A DNA stretch of 64,000 bases from an uncultured Solirubrobacterales bacterium (GCA_963831845.1 CAWHRT010000025.1:16659-80658); one strand, 5' to 3'; shown: positions 1 to 9,921, counted from the stretch's first letter. The notes: generated from the letters alone by a model not told the origin. Translations and numbers: made by a program.

Positions 1-397
1 GCGCGGAGTGGCGCGCGTCCCAGAAGATGTAGACGGCCCCATCCCGGGTGAGGTGCTCGCGGACGGCACCGAGCGCCGCCTCCGGCTGCAGCCAGAAGGG
101 AGCGACGTTGAAGGCGAAGACTTTGTCGAAGCGGCGATCGCCGAGGTTCGCGTCCTCCAGCGCGATGGTCTCGAGCACAGCCCGGCCCGCGTCGACGTGC
201 TCGCGGTTCCTCCGCGTGGCCATCTCGATCATCTTGGGCGAGCGGTCGATCGCGGTGATCGTTCCCGTCGTCAGCCTCTCGCAGACCAGGGAGACCGCGA
301 CGCCGTGGCCGCAGCCGACCTCGAGCAGGCGGTCGGCCGGGCGGACCTCCAGAGTGTCGACCGCCCAGACAAACCGCTCCGATGCCGTGCCCGCCAT
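1..397 (-). CDS. class I SAM-dependent methyltransferase (3' end beyond window edge)
   Basis: Minus-strand translation by hand: MAGTASERFVWAVDTLEVRPADRLLEVGCGHG...AIDRSPKMIEMA...FDKVFAFNV. Motif I is LEVGCGHG. Not in the ORF track because it runs off the edge. Confidence 0.85.
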   Translation of the reverse strand, partial: MAGTASERFVWAVDTLEVRPADRLLEVGCGHGVAVSLVCERLTTGTITAIDRSPKMIEMATRRNREHVDAGRAVLETIALEDANLGDRRFDKVFAFNVAPFWLQPEAALGAVREHLTRDGAVYIFWDARHSA

Positions 398-422
398 GCC
401 CCATCAATAGCATCATGCGCCC

Positions 423-545
423 GTGAAGCCCATGCTGATCTACTCGATGAGCGTCTCTGCGGACGGCTTCATCGCCGACCGACAGGGTGGGTTCGGGTGG
501 ACCGAACCTAGTGAGGAGCTGTTTCGCTTCCACCTGGCGGAGAGA
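423..545 (+). pseudogene. N-terminal remnant of a RibD_C/dihydrofolate reductase family protein
   Basis: LIYSMSVSADGFIADRQGGFGWTEPSEELFRFH matches the family N-terminus; similarity stops after about 40 codons. Confidence 0.7.
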
Positions 546-905
546 CCCGGGCATTCTGCTCGCGTCCGCGCCGGCGCCCGTGGGCGCCTGCTGATGGGCG
601 ATTGCGCGAGTGGGTTCCGCGAGGAGCATCCGCTTCGCGTGACCGGAGCCGACTCGTGCTGCGAGGCGCTGCAGTGCGCCGCCGGTCGGGACCATTGCAC
701 GAGTCATGAGGATCGGCCTCGCACCCGCCTGACAGGCGCTCCGACGGGCCCGGCAAGGCCCCGAGCATCCGATCGGACCAGCAACCAGCCACCATCGCGT
801 CGCGACCAGCACATCAACGATCCCGCCAGCGCGATCGTCACCTCCCACGCCGGCGGGCTCAACGACGTTTCCGCGACGGGCTGTTAACCGCGCGGGATCA
901 GCCGT

Positions 906-2429
906 CTAGGGAACATTCGCCCGGGCGGCCTCCCGGATCAGCCGGACGCCGTCCGGCACGGTCAGGAACCGGTCGGCCACGAGCCTGACGGTGTCTCGCG
1001 TGACCTTGCTCACGTAGTCGCCGTGGTTTCGGTAGAGCTCGGCCAGCCGCGCCCCGCTGAACGGCACCTCGTGCCCGGCGATGCTGCAGAACGAGGGGCC
1101 TGTCGAGCTGCCGAACCACGTACTCGTCGGTACGTCGAGGTACGGCGAGCGCAGGCCGCCCTGCACGTTGCCGAACTCGTCGAGCACCGGTGCGGGCGGG
1201 CTCCCGGAGACGAGGATCGGGTCGGCATGGGGCGGGGCGATGCCGAAGCGCACCCACCAGTTGAGGTTGCGCAGCGCCGCGTCAAAGAAGATGCTGCTGG
1301 GGAAACGGCTGCGCGGGCCCTCGTTGCACGACCCCGGCGGGACGGGGCGGCCAGCCTTGACGATGTCCGCGGCCGCGGCCGAGTAGAACAGCTCGTCGGG
1401 CGTCGCGTGCGCGGCGCCCGCCATTTCGTAGCCCCGGTATCGGTCCTGTGGCACGTCGCTGTCGGGCCGCCGCGCGTCGATCCCTGTCAGGTAGTCCGAC
1501 TGGGACATCATGTGGATGATCGGCGTGCCGGCGTCCTTGAACTGTTTGCGCGGGTCGCCGTTCGGCGGCGGCGGCTCGCACTGGTTGATCGGTGCTGCGC
1601 CGATGAACCGCCCGCCCGCGACGGCGACGATGTAGCCGTCGAACATCGGCCGGCCGTCGGTCTGCTCCACGAGCGGTTGGATCGCGTTGATGTAGTCGTA
1701 CTCGAAGCTGCCGGTCTGCGAGTAGCCGAAGTCGTAGACACGATTGACCGGCGAGCCGCGACGCTTGCCGTAGGTCAGCGGGTTTGAGCGATCGCGACTT
1801 CGCACCCACGCGCCAATCTGGCTGGTGATGTCGTAGACCAGTCCGTCCTCGGTGGTACGTGAGGCCGGCGTGATGAACGAGACCGGCGGGTTGCAGTTGC
1901 GCGGATCGTTGAGCGGGAGCGGGTTCGCCATCGACAGCGAGCCGTAACGGACCGGGTTGAAGTTCTTAAGCGCGTCGATCGAGATCGGCTTGCCGGTCAC
2001 CCCGACCCACGCGTCGCCGTCCGCGACGATCTGGCGCTGGGCGAGCGCCCAGCCGATGTTGAGGTCAAACGCGTTGGACGGGTTGAGGATCTCGACGATC
2101 ACGGTGCCGCTAAAGCGCGCGGGGTTCGCCGGGCGGCGTACGAGCACGCGCGTGGTGTATGGGGCGTTCGGCGTGCGCACGACGGCGGGGCCCGGCGCAG
2201 GCCAGCTATAGACGTTGGCCTTGCCGCTGGCTAGGTACTCCTGCTCGACGTAGCCGATCTTGTGCAGGTCCTGGGGGACCTCCTGGTGGTCGGCGGCGCC
2301 GAACGGATACGACGTGGCGCTGACCGGCAGAGGCCCCGTCACCTTCGGGACCGGCGTCGCGCCAGCCGCGGCCGGCAGGGAGAGCGCCAGAGCGCACACA
2401 AGCGCCGCGCTCGCACGAACACGCTTCAC
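906..2429 (-). CDS. secreted alpha/beta-hydrolase-domain protein
   Basis: Signal peptide (ALVCALALSLPAAAGA), YxEQEYLASG, GYSQTG nucleophile-elbow-like motif, YEMAGAAH, DEFGNVQGGLRSP; GGAGG-type RBS. Confidence 0.8.
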   Translation of the reverse strand: MKRVRASAALVCALALSLPAAAGATPVPKVTGPLPVSATSYPFGAADHQEVPQDLHKIGYVEQEYLASGKANVYSWPAPGPAVVRTPNAPYTTRVLVRRPANPARFSGTVIVEILNPSNAFDLNIGWALAQRQIVADGDAWVGVTGKPISIDALKNFNPVRYGSLSMANPLPLNDPRNCNPPVSFITPASRTTEDGLVYDITSQIGAWVRSRDRSNPLTYGKRRGSPVNRVYDFGYSQTGSFEYDYINAIQPLVEQTDGRPMFDGYIVAVAGGRFIGAAPINQCEPPPPNGDPRKQFKDAGTPIIHMMSQSDYLTGIDARRPDSDVPQDRYRGYEMAGAAHATPDELFYSAAAADIVKAGRPVPPGSCNEGPRSRFPSSIFFDAALRNLNWWVRFGIAPPHADPILVSGSPPAPVLDEFGNVQGGLRSPYLDVPTSTWFGSSTGPSFCSIAGHEVPFSGARLAELYRNHGDYVSKVTRDTVRLVADRFLTVPDGVRLIREAARANVP

Positions 2430-2639
2430 GTCCCCTCCTTCTTCCGCGGACGCTCATGCGAGCGCCCGACTCCTCCAGCGGTAGACAGTCATCAATCCTA
2501 CGACGAGCGGTCGACAGCGTCAAACCGAGTTCGTCATTGTCCATCCTCGGTCGAAGCGGAAGCCTCCGGACCCGCCGCGCGCGACATCGAGACGACCCCA
2601 GCTTGGTGAATCCGGAACTGTCGCGTGAGCCGGGTGTGG

Positions 2640-3160
2640 CGGTCTCGTACGTCTTAGTTCGTGCCGGGCGCTGCTGGACGCGTACGTAGCGGATGGTCGA
2701 CCGCTTGCCTCGGCAGCTTCGCGCGATCCGATCGCCCGGGTCGGCGCCGATCTGGTTAGTCGAACCGGGCGCGCACGCCACCCGATCGTCGTCCCGACCG
2801 TCGGCGACGTCGACCCCGTTGGTTCCCGGTCCCGGGAACACGGTCGTGGCGCCGCGGTGGTCGACGATCCGATCGTTGCCGGCCTCGCCGTCGATGCGGT
2901 CATTGCCCGGGCCGCCGTAGAGGACGTCGTTACCCGGCTGCCGTAGATGAGGTCGTTGCCCCGGGCGCCGTAGATGAGGTCGTTGCGGGAGCGGCCATTG
3001 AGCCGATTGTTGCCGGGGCCCACGATCTGCCAGGTCTGCGGTCGTGCCCCTCCGAGCCCCGGGTCGAGTCCGATGCCCGGGCTGGTACCCGCCAGCATCC
3101 CCAGCCCGAGATCGTGACCGCCAGATGCCACGCCAGTGGCCGGCGCGATGGCGCGCCTAA
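2640..3160 (-). pseudogene. RTX/hemolysin-type Ca-binding repeat protein, frameshifted or degenerate
   Basis: GNNRLNGRSRNDLIYGARGNDLIYG continues after a 1-nt shift near 2933 as GNDVLYGGPGNDRIDGEAGNDRI. Both ends are unclear. Confidence 0.6.
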
Positions 3161-3272
3161 CGTCGGCGTTCGGCCATACTACGGATTGGGGGAGCGTTTC
3201 CGCGAAGCAGGCAAGGCTTGGATAGCGTGCGCCTAGAAACCGACTGGCAGACGCCACGGAAAGGGGCGCGTG

Positions 3273-3557
3273 ATGCATGTGGTAATTAGGAGCTATTCCG
3301 GGCAGGGTGCGTCTGAGCTGTTCGACCTCGCCGGCGAGCGGGCGGAGGACCTCAAGACCATCATCAACGGTGTGCCTGGGTTTGTTAGCTTTGCGGCCTT
3401 TCGTACCGAGGGCGGCGGGGTGGCTGTGACGGTGTGCCAGGACAAGACTGGCACCGACGAGTCCTCGCGGCGTGCGGCTGGGTGGGTGAAGGAGAATTTC
3501 AGCACGACGGTTGACCCGCCCGCGATCACGGAGGGGAGCACCTTTCTCCAGTTCTGA
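3273..3557 (+). CDS. small dimeric alpha-beta barrel (ABM-like) hypothetical protein
   Basis: IINGVPGFVSFAAF...VTVCQDKTGTDESSRRAAGWVKEN pattern; AAGGGG upstream. Confidence 0.75.
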   Translation: MHVVIRSYSGQGASELFDLAGERAEDLKTIINGVPGFVSFAAFRTEGGGVAVTVCQDKTGTDESSRRAAGWVKENFSTTVDPPAITEGSTFLQF

Positions 3558-3824
3558 GGGCGCTGTTCACCTGTCAATCGAAGCGCACCCGAAGCGCAAT
3601 GGTCGCGGCACCGGTTGCGACGCGCCTGCTGGTTCGGACCCCTCAACGTCCAGCTCTACGTCGACGACGGTCGACTGGTGCACGGCAACTCGCAGCTCCG
3701 ATAGCCCCACGCAAGCGCGGGCAGTCCGCTACGCGCTGGCCTGAGAGACGAACACTCCGGATGCCGCCCGTGTCGCCTGCTGTCGCCTGGAGCAGTCGTG
3801 GGTCTGTCGCGCGGGCCGCGTTGG

Positions 3825-4865
3825 CTACGGCTTGCGTGCGATGACTGCGCCGTTGGCCCCGGGGGCGTCGAACCGGACAGTGCGGGGCTCGACGAAGCCG
3901 GCGTCCTTCAGCCAGGCGGTGTACTCGGATGCGGTGTAGTTGCGGCCCTCGGTCTCGATCAGCATGTTGAGGCTCATGAGCGCGGCCGCGGGAGGCCCGG
4001 TCTTGTCGTCGTCCACAAGCAGCTCGCTGATGATGATCATGCCGCTGTTGGGAAGTGCGTCGAAGGATTTGCGCAGCAGGAGCCGGTCGTGCTCTTGGTC
4101 CCAGTCGTGCATGATCATCGAGTACACGTGCACGTCGTGCCCGGGCGGCAGCGCGTCGGCGAAGAAGTCGCCGCCGTGCACGGCGATGCGATCGCGCAGT
4201 TCGGCGTCGGCGATCTTGTCGGCCGCGATGTCGATCACGTGGGGCAGATCGAAGACGGTCGCACACAGCGATGGGTAGCGCCGGCAGAGCTCGATGGCGA
4301 ACGCGCCGGAGCCGCCACCGACGTCGAGCAGTCGCGTCGCGGCGTCGAGATCGATCGCGTCCCCGAGCGTGCGTGCGGTGAAGCCCGACATCGATTGCAT
4401 CGCCTCCCAGAAGGTCTCGAGCACCGCCGGGTCCTCGCGCTCGAACATGGAGCGCTCGCGCTCCGGGTCCCATGTAGTCGGTCGGTTGGTGCGGATCGCC
4501 TCGGTGAGCTTCGCCCACCCTGGGTAGAGCCGCCGGTCGAACATCGTCACCAGGCCGCCGAAGGAGTAGGGGGTGCCGCGCACGAGAAATCGCTCGCTGA
4601 GCGCCGTGTTGCGGTAGCCGTGGTGGCCGCGTTCGAGCAGGCCGAGCGACGCGCAGCCGGTCAGCAGCATCTCCGCCGGTCGCTGCTCGATGCCGAGCTC
4701 GCGCGCGAGCTCCTCCGCGGTCGTCTCGGCGCCGCCGGCCAGGCGCGTGAAGAGGTCGAGCTCGTTGGCGGCCGCGAGTGTCTTGAACGCCCAGAAGCCG
4801 GTCGAGATCTGCATCAGCGGCACGGGCGTCAGCGCCCCGAGGTCCTCTGTTGTGGACATGGTCAT
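3825..4865 (-). CDS. O-methyltransferase with N-terminal dimerisation domain
   Basis: LLDVGGGSG, FDLP, GDFF, IMHDW motifs; AAGGAG RBS before ATG 4865. Confidence 0.92.
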   Translation of the reverse strand: MTMSTTEDLGALTPVPLMQISTGFWAFKTLAAANELDLFTRLAGGAETTAEELARELGIEQRPAEMLLTGCASLGLLERGHHGYRNTALSERFLVRGTPYSFGGLVTMFDRRLYPGWAKLTEAIRTNRPTTWDPERERSMFEREDPAVLETFWEAMQSMSGFTARTLGDAIDLDAATRLLDVGGGSGAFAIELCRRYPSLCATVFDLPHVIDIAADKIADAELRDRIAVHGGDFFADALPPGHDVHVYSMIMHDWDQEHDRLLLRKSFDALPNSGMIIISELLVDDDKTGPPAAALMSLNMLIETEGRNYTASEYTAWLKDAGFVEPRTVRFDAPGANGAVIARKP

Positions 4866-4954
4866 CGTTCTCCTTTGAGACTGTCTTGGCGCTCCACCCG
4901 CCGCGCGGGCCTTCATCGACTACGTCCGCCGCGAGACGACGCGGCCCCGTCCGT

Positions 4955-5225
4955 CTAGCGCCGGCCCGCCGCGGTCAGGACGCCGGTGAACGCGGCGACC
5001 AACTCGCCGCGCGCGGCGGCCACTCCCTGCCCGCCGAGCCAGACCGAGACGCCTCGTCGACCCGTCACACGAGGTCGTCGCCCGCGCCGCCGGGGGCGAG
5101 GATGGTCGCCCCATAGTCGAGCTCAAACAGCGCCAGGCAGGCGTCGGCCGCAGCACGTGGACCAGGTTGTTCAGGGCGCGCTCGAAGCGGTCTCCGGCCA
5201 GGTACATCAGCACGCGCTCGGTCCG
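4955..5225 (-). pseudogene. C-terminal remnant of a UbiE-like methyltransferase
   Basis: Pieces in shifting frames: ERVLMYLAG...LVHVLRP, LALFELDYGATIL, WLGGQGVAAARGELVAAFTGVLTAAGRR*. No start and no motif I. Confidence 0.5.
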
Positions 5226-5599
5226 TGGGACTCGTTCAACAGCCGGGAGTAGTGCCGGTAGACACGAGGGCCCTGCGCCTCCCAGCAGTCCACCCACCGG
5301 TAGGTGGCGCGGCGCAGGAAGATCCGCCGGGGGTTAGCGGGCGGGGCCGGGTGGGCCCAGTGGTAGTTGAACATCTGCGAGCGGTAGTGGCCCGGGCCGG
5401 TGGTGATCCAGCGCCAGATGCATCGGGCGTCGTTGTCTGTTGCCGGGAAGTGCAAGTACATCCACGTGTGGTTGGTTGACGTCGCGGGAGCCGGCTCGGC
5501 AGAGAAGAAGAAGCCCGCGATGGCGACCACCGCGGCGGTCAGGGCCCAGACGGATGATTGCCGCGTGCGCGGAAGCGCATATCGGTGGTTTGCGGTCAT
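5207..5599 (-). CDS. secreted hypothetical protein (HWAHP family), C-terminally truncated paralogue of 7673..8167
   Basis: Hydrophobic leader WALTAAVVAIAGFFFSAEPAPA; shares YLxFPA, RC, HWAHP, YRWxDC and YRHxS..NE with 7673..8167. Confidence 0.65.
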   Translation of the reverse strand: MTANHRYALPRTRQSSVWALTAAVVAIAGFFFSAEPAPATSTNHTWMYLHFPATDNDARCIWRWITTGPGHYRSQMFNYHWAHPAPPANPRRIFLRRATYRWVDCWEAQGPRVYRHYSRLLNESHGPSAC

Positions 5600-5719
5600 C
5601 GGCCCACTTTGACCAATGATCGCGGGTGACACCATCCCAAGATCCTGGGATTCGGCCGAGCACCGAGCACGGCTCAGGCCGTGCGGGCCCCCATGGCGCC
5701 TGCTCCCTTGCGCAGCGTG

Positions 5720-5863
5720 GGCAGCCCGGAGGCCGCGCCGTTGAAGATCAACGACCGCCGACAAGTCGTGGGCCTCTACATCGACGCCGCAGGTGCCTAC
5801 CACGGCTTCCTGCGCGACAGAAAGGGTGCCGTCACGACCCTCGCGCTCGACCACGCCGGGTGA
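5720..5863 (+). pseudogene. remnant of an HAF-type extracellular repeat protein
   Basis: KINDRRQVVGLYIDAAGAYHGFLRDRKG is one isolated HAF-like repeat unit. Confidence 0.6.
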
Positions 5864-5935
5864 CCGTAGTCGCGCCAGATCGATAAGTCCGCCCTGTTCA
5901 CGGGCTCTAGCTCTGCCGATTCGTGGTCGCTATCG

Positions 5936-5961
5936 GTCACATGTTCGTACCGCCGAGTGTC
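5936..5961 (+). promoter_or_regulatory. ECF41/SigJ-type promoter
   Basis: GTCACA-N16-TGTC about 60 bp upstream of the SDR gene; resembles the ECF41 consensus TGTCACA-N16-CGTC. Confidence 0.55.
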
Positions 5962-6021
5962 ATACGAGTGACAGATCGATTCCGCCGGTGCCGAGCCGCC
6001 GGCGCTGAGAAAGGAAAAACG

Positions 6022-6813
6022 ATGCAGACCAACGACACGCGCCAGAGAATTGCCGTTACGGGAGCCACCGGTCGGGTCGGGTCGCACCTCGTCGAGATCC
6101 TCGCGCAGCGGGGACACGATGTGGTCCCGATCGCGCGCTCCAAGGGTGTGGACGTGGTCAGCGGCGAGGGTCTCGATGAGGCGCTCGTCGGGGTCGACAC
6201 GATCGTCGACGCGGCCACGGGGCCCTCGCCCGACCGGGAGGGGGCGACGGCATTCTTCACCGCCTCGGCGCGGAACCTGCAGCGAGCCGGCGCCGCAGCC
6301 GGGGCGAAGCGGATCGTCGTCGTCTCGATCATCGGCATCGACAAGTTCAAGGGCGGCTACAACGCGGCGAAGGTGGCGCAGGAGCAGACGCTGCTCGAAG
6401 GTCCGCTCCCAGTCCGGATCGTTCGCGCGGCCCAATTCCACGAGTTCGTCGCTCCGCTGGTGGGGTGGACGATCCAGGACGGCGTCGCCTACGTGCCCGA
6501 GATGCGAACGCAGCTCGTGGCCGCTCGCGTCGTCGCCGAGACGCTTGCCGACGCGGCCGAGGAGCCGGAGATCGAGGACGGCCGGATCACCGAGGTCGCA
6601 GGCCCGCAGGACGAGCGTCTCGCCGAGGCGGCAGCGGTGCTGTTCGCCAGCCGCGGTGACTCGTTCGAGATCCACGAGAGCCGGGGCGGTCCGCTGGCGG
6701 AGCCCGGCAGCCCGGACGCCGCGGCCTATGCGGAGGGCGCCGCTCTGCCCAACCCCGGCGCGAAGCTCGCCGGCCCCAGCTTCGAAGAGTGGCTCGCGGC
6801 GGCCAAGGTGTAG
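6022..6813 (+). CDS. NAD(P)H-binding SDR/NmrA-like epimerase family protein
   Basis: IAVTGATGRVG, YNAAK, RAAQFHEF; AAGGA RBS. Confidence 0.92.
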   Translation: MQTNDTRQRIAVTGATGRVGSHLVEILAQRGHDVVPIARSKGVDVVSGEGLDEALVGVDTIVDAATGPSPDREGATAFFTASARNLQRAGAAAGAKRIVVVSIIGIDKFKGGYNAAKVAQEQTLLEGPLPVRIVRAAQFHEFVAPLVGWTIQDGVAYVPEMRTQLVAARVVAETLADAAEEPEIEDGRITEVAGPQDERLAEAAAVLFASRGDSFEIHESRGGPLAEPGSPDAAAYAEGAALPNPGAKLAGPSFEEWLAAAKV

Positions 6814-7081
6814 TTCCTTGCTACGACCTGGCGGCCGCGGCCGTCGCAAAGCCCCAGAGCGCTTCGAGGTCGGTGAACCGCGGCCCGCGTAAGCGCGGTA
6901 GCAACAACGCGTCATCGGCGCATTGCGAAAGCCATGCAGGCACGCGCTCGCTCCTGGGTTGGACGATCAACAGCACTCATTGGAGCGGACACACGGCGCG
7001 TCGTCTCGAGCGATTCGGAGCGTGAGATGCGCCCCACCGCAGGCCTTGCGTATGCGGTGCTGTTGGCTAGGGTTGGGCTCC

Positions 7082-7489
7082 ATGCAGCGTGTCGTACCGT
7101 GCCTTATGTTCGTAGGGGACCAGTGCGGCAACGCCGAGGAGGCGATGAACCTTTACATCTCGGCGTTCGAACGGTCGCGGGTGATCGACGTCGACCACTT
7201 CGGTCCCGATGACGAGACCGAACGCGGCGTCAAGCTCGCCCGCTTCGAGTTGGCGGGGCAGGAGGTTCAGGCAATGGACAGCTCCGGTCCCCACCCGTTC
7301 TCGTTCACACCGGCGATCTCGATCGTCGTCGAATGCGACCGCGAGCAGGAGCTTGACGCCGCCTGGGCGACGCTCACGGATGGCGCGACGGTGCTCATGC
7401 CGCTCGACGCGTACGACTTCAGCCCGAAGTTCGGCTGGCTTCAGGACCGCTTCGGCGTGTCTTGGCAGCTGCGACTCCCCCTCGTGTGA
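7082..7489 (+). CDS. VOC family protein (PhnB/3-demethylubiquinone-9 methyltransferase-like)
   Basis: PCLMF..AEEAMNLY, FSFTPAIS, LMPLDAYDFSPKFGWLQDRFGVSWQL. Confidence 0.92.
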   Translation: MQRVVPCLMFVGDQCGNAEEAMNLYISAFERSRVIDVDHFGPDDETERGVKLARFELAGQEVQAMDSSGPHPFSFTPAISIVVECDREQELDAAWATLTDGATVLMPLDAYDFSPKFGWLQDRFGVSWQLRLPLV

Positions 7490-7672
7490 CAGGCGCGGTT
7501 GCGGCTGCGCGTCGAAACCCGCCGTGGCGCCGTCCACGAACACGAGCTGCGGCCCTGCCCCGATGCGGTCGGGCCGCGGAGCCGCCTGGTTACAGGCCGA
7601 GTGCCGCCCGTGCGCACCAATCCCCAATTCCTGGGATAGGCAAGCGCTCGAGGATGCTCCAGCCTCCAACGC

Positions 7673-8167
7673 ATGACCAAGAAACGATCGATAAGAGTCG
7701 CTGCGGTGACGGCGCTCGCGGCGATGGCGGTGGCTTGCGCGCTGTCCGTGGGTCCGACCGCGACGGCCTCGGCGTCGAACTGGAACCACCGGAGCGACTA
7801 CCTGAAGTTCCCCGCCCCGGTGAACTACACGCGGTGCACTCAGCGCCATATCAGCCTGGACGGCAGGTACTGGTGGACGCTCTACTACATGCACTGGGCC
7901 CATCCGGATGCACCGGAGGAGCTCGACCGGCCCCTACCCATCCAGCTGCACGGCCGGTATCGCTGGCTCGACTGCCTGCACTATCGCCGCCTGTCGTCAG
8001 GCACGATCCCCTTCTACAGGCATCGCTCGTGGATCCGCAACGAGCGCACCGGCGGCGAGGTCCTGTTCACGCAGGACCTCTGGATTTGGGGCATCGAGGG
8101 CATTGCGGGCGCCGGCTTGTACGACTGGGGCAGCAGGCTCTTCCACATCAGGCCCCGCCCCCGGTGA
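7673..8167 (+). CDS. secreted hypothetical protein (HWAHP family)
   Basis: Sec signal peptide ending ASA; aromatic-rich mature part with two Cys; paralogue at 5207..5599. Confidence 0.8.
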   Translation: MTKKRSIRVAAVTALAAMAVACALSVGPTATASASNWNHRSDYLKFPAPVNYTRCTQRHISLDGRYWWTLYYMHWAHPDAPEELDRPLPIQLHGRYRWLDCLHYRRLSSGTIPFYRHRSWIRNERTGGEVLFTQDLWIWGIEGIAGAGLYDWGSRLFHIRPRPR

Positions 8168-8331
8168 CAGGTGTCGACCGCGTGACGTCGGGCGCCACGC
8201 GCACTGCATCCTGCTTCTCGCGATGCTAGGTGCGTGAGTGCTCGCGGCTGCTGTCGTGGTGCGTTCAGGTCGATTGATGTGGGGGTGCGTCTATGCGGGC
8301 TCGGCGCGGTGACTGCGGCGGGCTCGGGTGC

Positions 8332-8805
8332 TTATGTCAGTGCGAGCACGGCCAGGAGCAGGGCGAGAGCGGTGGTCTGTAGGACGACGCGTAGGCCGAT
8401 GATGTGGTCCCATCGCTGCTGCATCGCTCGCGCATTGGTGGGTATCTCGTGGTGGCCGGCGGCCTGGGTGAGTTCGCGGTTGATAGGCGCCGCGATCCGG
8501 ACGTAGAGCGACAGCCAGGCCAGTAGGGCGGCTAGCGCGACACCGGCGAGGGTGGTCTGCAGCGGGTGGCCGGCGAGACCGGCGGCGAGCGCGCTGGCGG
8601 CCGCCGCGACGATGCTCGCCGCGCCCGGGAGCGGCATCCGTTGGTCGGCGTACTGGTGAATGCGTCCGGCTGCCTGGGTCAGGGTGCCGTCGTCGAGCGC
8701 GGCTAGCGCCGGGCGTAGGACGAGCGCTGCGAACATGTCGGTGCCGTAGACGACGGCGCACGCGAGCGCGGCAACGGCCGCGAGGGCGAGGCTGGTAGTG
8801 AGCAC
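8332..8805 (-). CDS. DUF1772/anthrone-oxygenase-like membrane protein
   Basis: Four hydrophobic segments, VLRPALAALDD, PINREL, QQRWD; GTG start with CAGGAG RBS. Confidence 0.85.
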   Translation of the reverse strand: MLTTSLALAAVAALACAVVYGTDMFAALVLRPALAALDDGTLTQAAGRIHQYADQRMPLPGAASIVAAAASALAAGLAGHPLQTTLAGVALAALLAWLSLYVRIAAPINRELTQAAGHHEIPTNARAMQQRWDHIIGLRVVLQTTALALLLAVLALT

Positions 8806-8845
8806 TGGGGTCTCCTGAAATGGGTCGATCGGAGCCTGGGCAGGG

Positions 8846-9253
8846 TCAGTTGAGTGCCGGTATTGCGCCGATCTGCTGAAAGAGCTCGAGGCTGTTGAGC
8901 TCGTCCCAGTGCTCGTGCAGGCGGCCATCGCGGACTCGCCAGATATCGATCGAGTGCATCTCGATTTGCGCGCCGCTGGCCGGGATGCCCATGAACGTGC
9001 CTGTGTGGCGGCCGCGATAGGTGTACCGACCGACGAGCGTCGCGCCGGCCTCGATGACGTCGTCGACCTCGACGCGAAAGTCCTCAAAGGCGTCCAGAAA
9101 TGCGGCGAAGATGCCGACCGAGCCGTCCTTGCCCGGCTGTGCGTACCGGTTGTGGTTGATGTACTCGTCGTCCAGCAGCTCGGCGAAGGTGTCGAGGTCG
9201 TGGTCGGTCAGGGTCTGGGCGAAGCGCTCGGCGAGCGCGCGGTGGGTGGTCAT
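8846..9253 (-). CDS. SnoaL-like ester cyclase
   Basis: RGRHTGTFMGIPASG...IDIWRVRDGRLHEHW. Confidence 0.92.
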   Translation of the reverse strand: MTTHRALAERFAQTLTDHDLDTFAELLDDEYINHNRYAQPGKDGSVGIFAAFLDAFEDFRVEVDDVIEAGATLVGRYTYRGRHTGTFMGIPASGAQIEMHSIDIWRVRDGRLHEHWDELNSLELFQQIGAIPALN

Positions 9254-9891
9254 CTTGGTCGTCCTGTGGTCGTGGTGGGTTGGTCAAAGCAGCCGGCGCG
9301 CAGGCCGGCGACGAATGCATCCGCGGCGAGGTGCAGCAACCGCTCGGGGTGGCCGCGGCGGCGACGCACCCGACGCGAGAGCGCGAGCGAGACGATCCCG
9401 TGCATCGCCGCCCACCACGCCTCGGTCGTCGTGTCAGGATCGGGTAGCTCGATCTCGAGCCCGCGCGCGGTGTCGGTCACGACCGTGGCAAGCCCGCGAA
9501 AAGCAGCGTGCAGCGCGGCGGGCGTTTTTCCGGTCGCGAACTGCAGCTCTAGCGGTTGGTGAAACATGAGGTCATAGAGGGTGGGGTCGCCGTCCGCGAA
9601 GCGCCAGTAGCGGGCCGCGGAGCGGTGCAGCGGCCCCAGGCCGTCGTCACCGTCGCTGTTTGAGAGCGCGTCGGCGAGCTCCGCGAACCCGTCGCGCGCG
9701 ACCGCGGCCAACAGGTCGGCTTTGCTCGGAAACAGTTCATAGAGCGACGGCGCACTCAGCCCGCAGCGCTGAGCGACGGCGCGAATCGTGACGGCGTGCC
9801 AGCCGGCCTGCCGTGCGAGCAGGCGGGTCTCGTCGAGGATTAGCCGACGCCGGGCGTCTTGCTGCGCTTTGGTGCGGGGTTTCGGCGGCAT
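9250..9891 (-). CDS. TetR family regulator with WHG-type C-terminal domain
   Basis: VTIRAVAQRCGLSAPSLYELFPSK HTH; WWAAMHGIVSL; ATGA overlap with the ester cyclase gene. Confidence 0.92.
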   Translation of the reverse strand: MPPKPRTKAQQDARRRLILDETRLLARQAGWHAVTIRAVAQRCGLSAPSLYELFPSKADLLAAVARDGFAELADALSNSDGDDGLGPLHRSAARYWRFADGDPTLYDLMFHQPLELQFATGKTPAALHAAFRGLATVVTDTARGLEIELPDPDTTTEAWWAAMHGIVSLALSRRVRRRRGHPERLLHLAADAFVAGLRAGCFDQPTTTTGRPR

Positions 9892-9894
9892 GGG

Positions 9895-9921
9895 ATAACG
9901 ACGTTAGCATAACGACGTTAG
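9895..9921. promoter_or_regulatory. tandem palindromic operators for the adjacent TetR
   Basis: ATAACGACGTTAG occurs twice (9895 and 9909), each containing TAACG-A-CGTTA, directly upstream of the tetR ATG. Confidence 0.8.
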
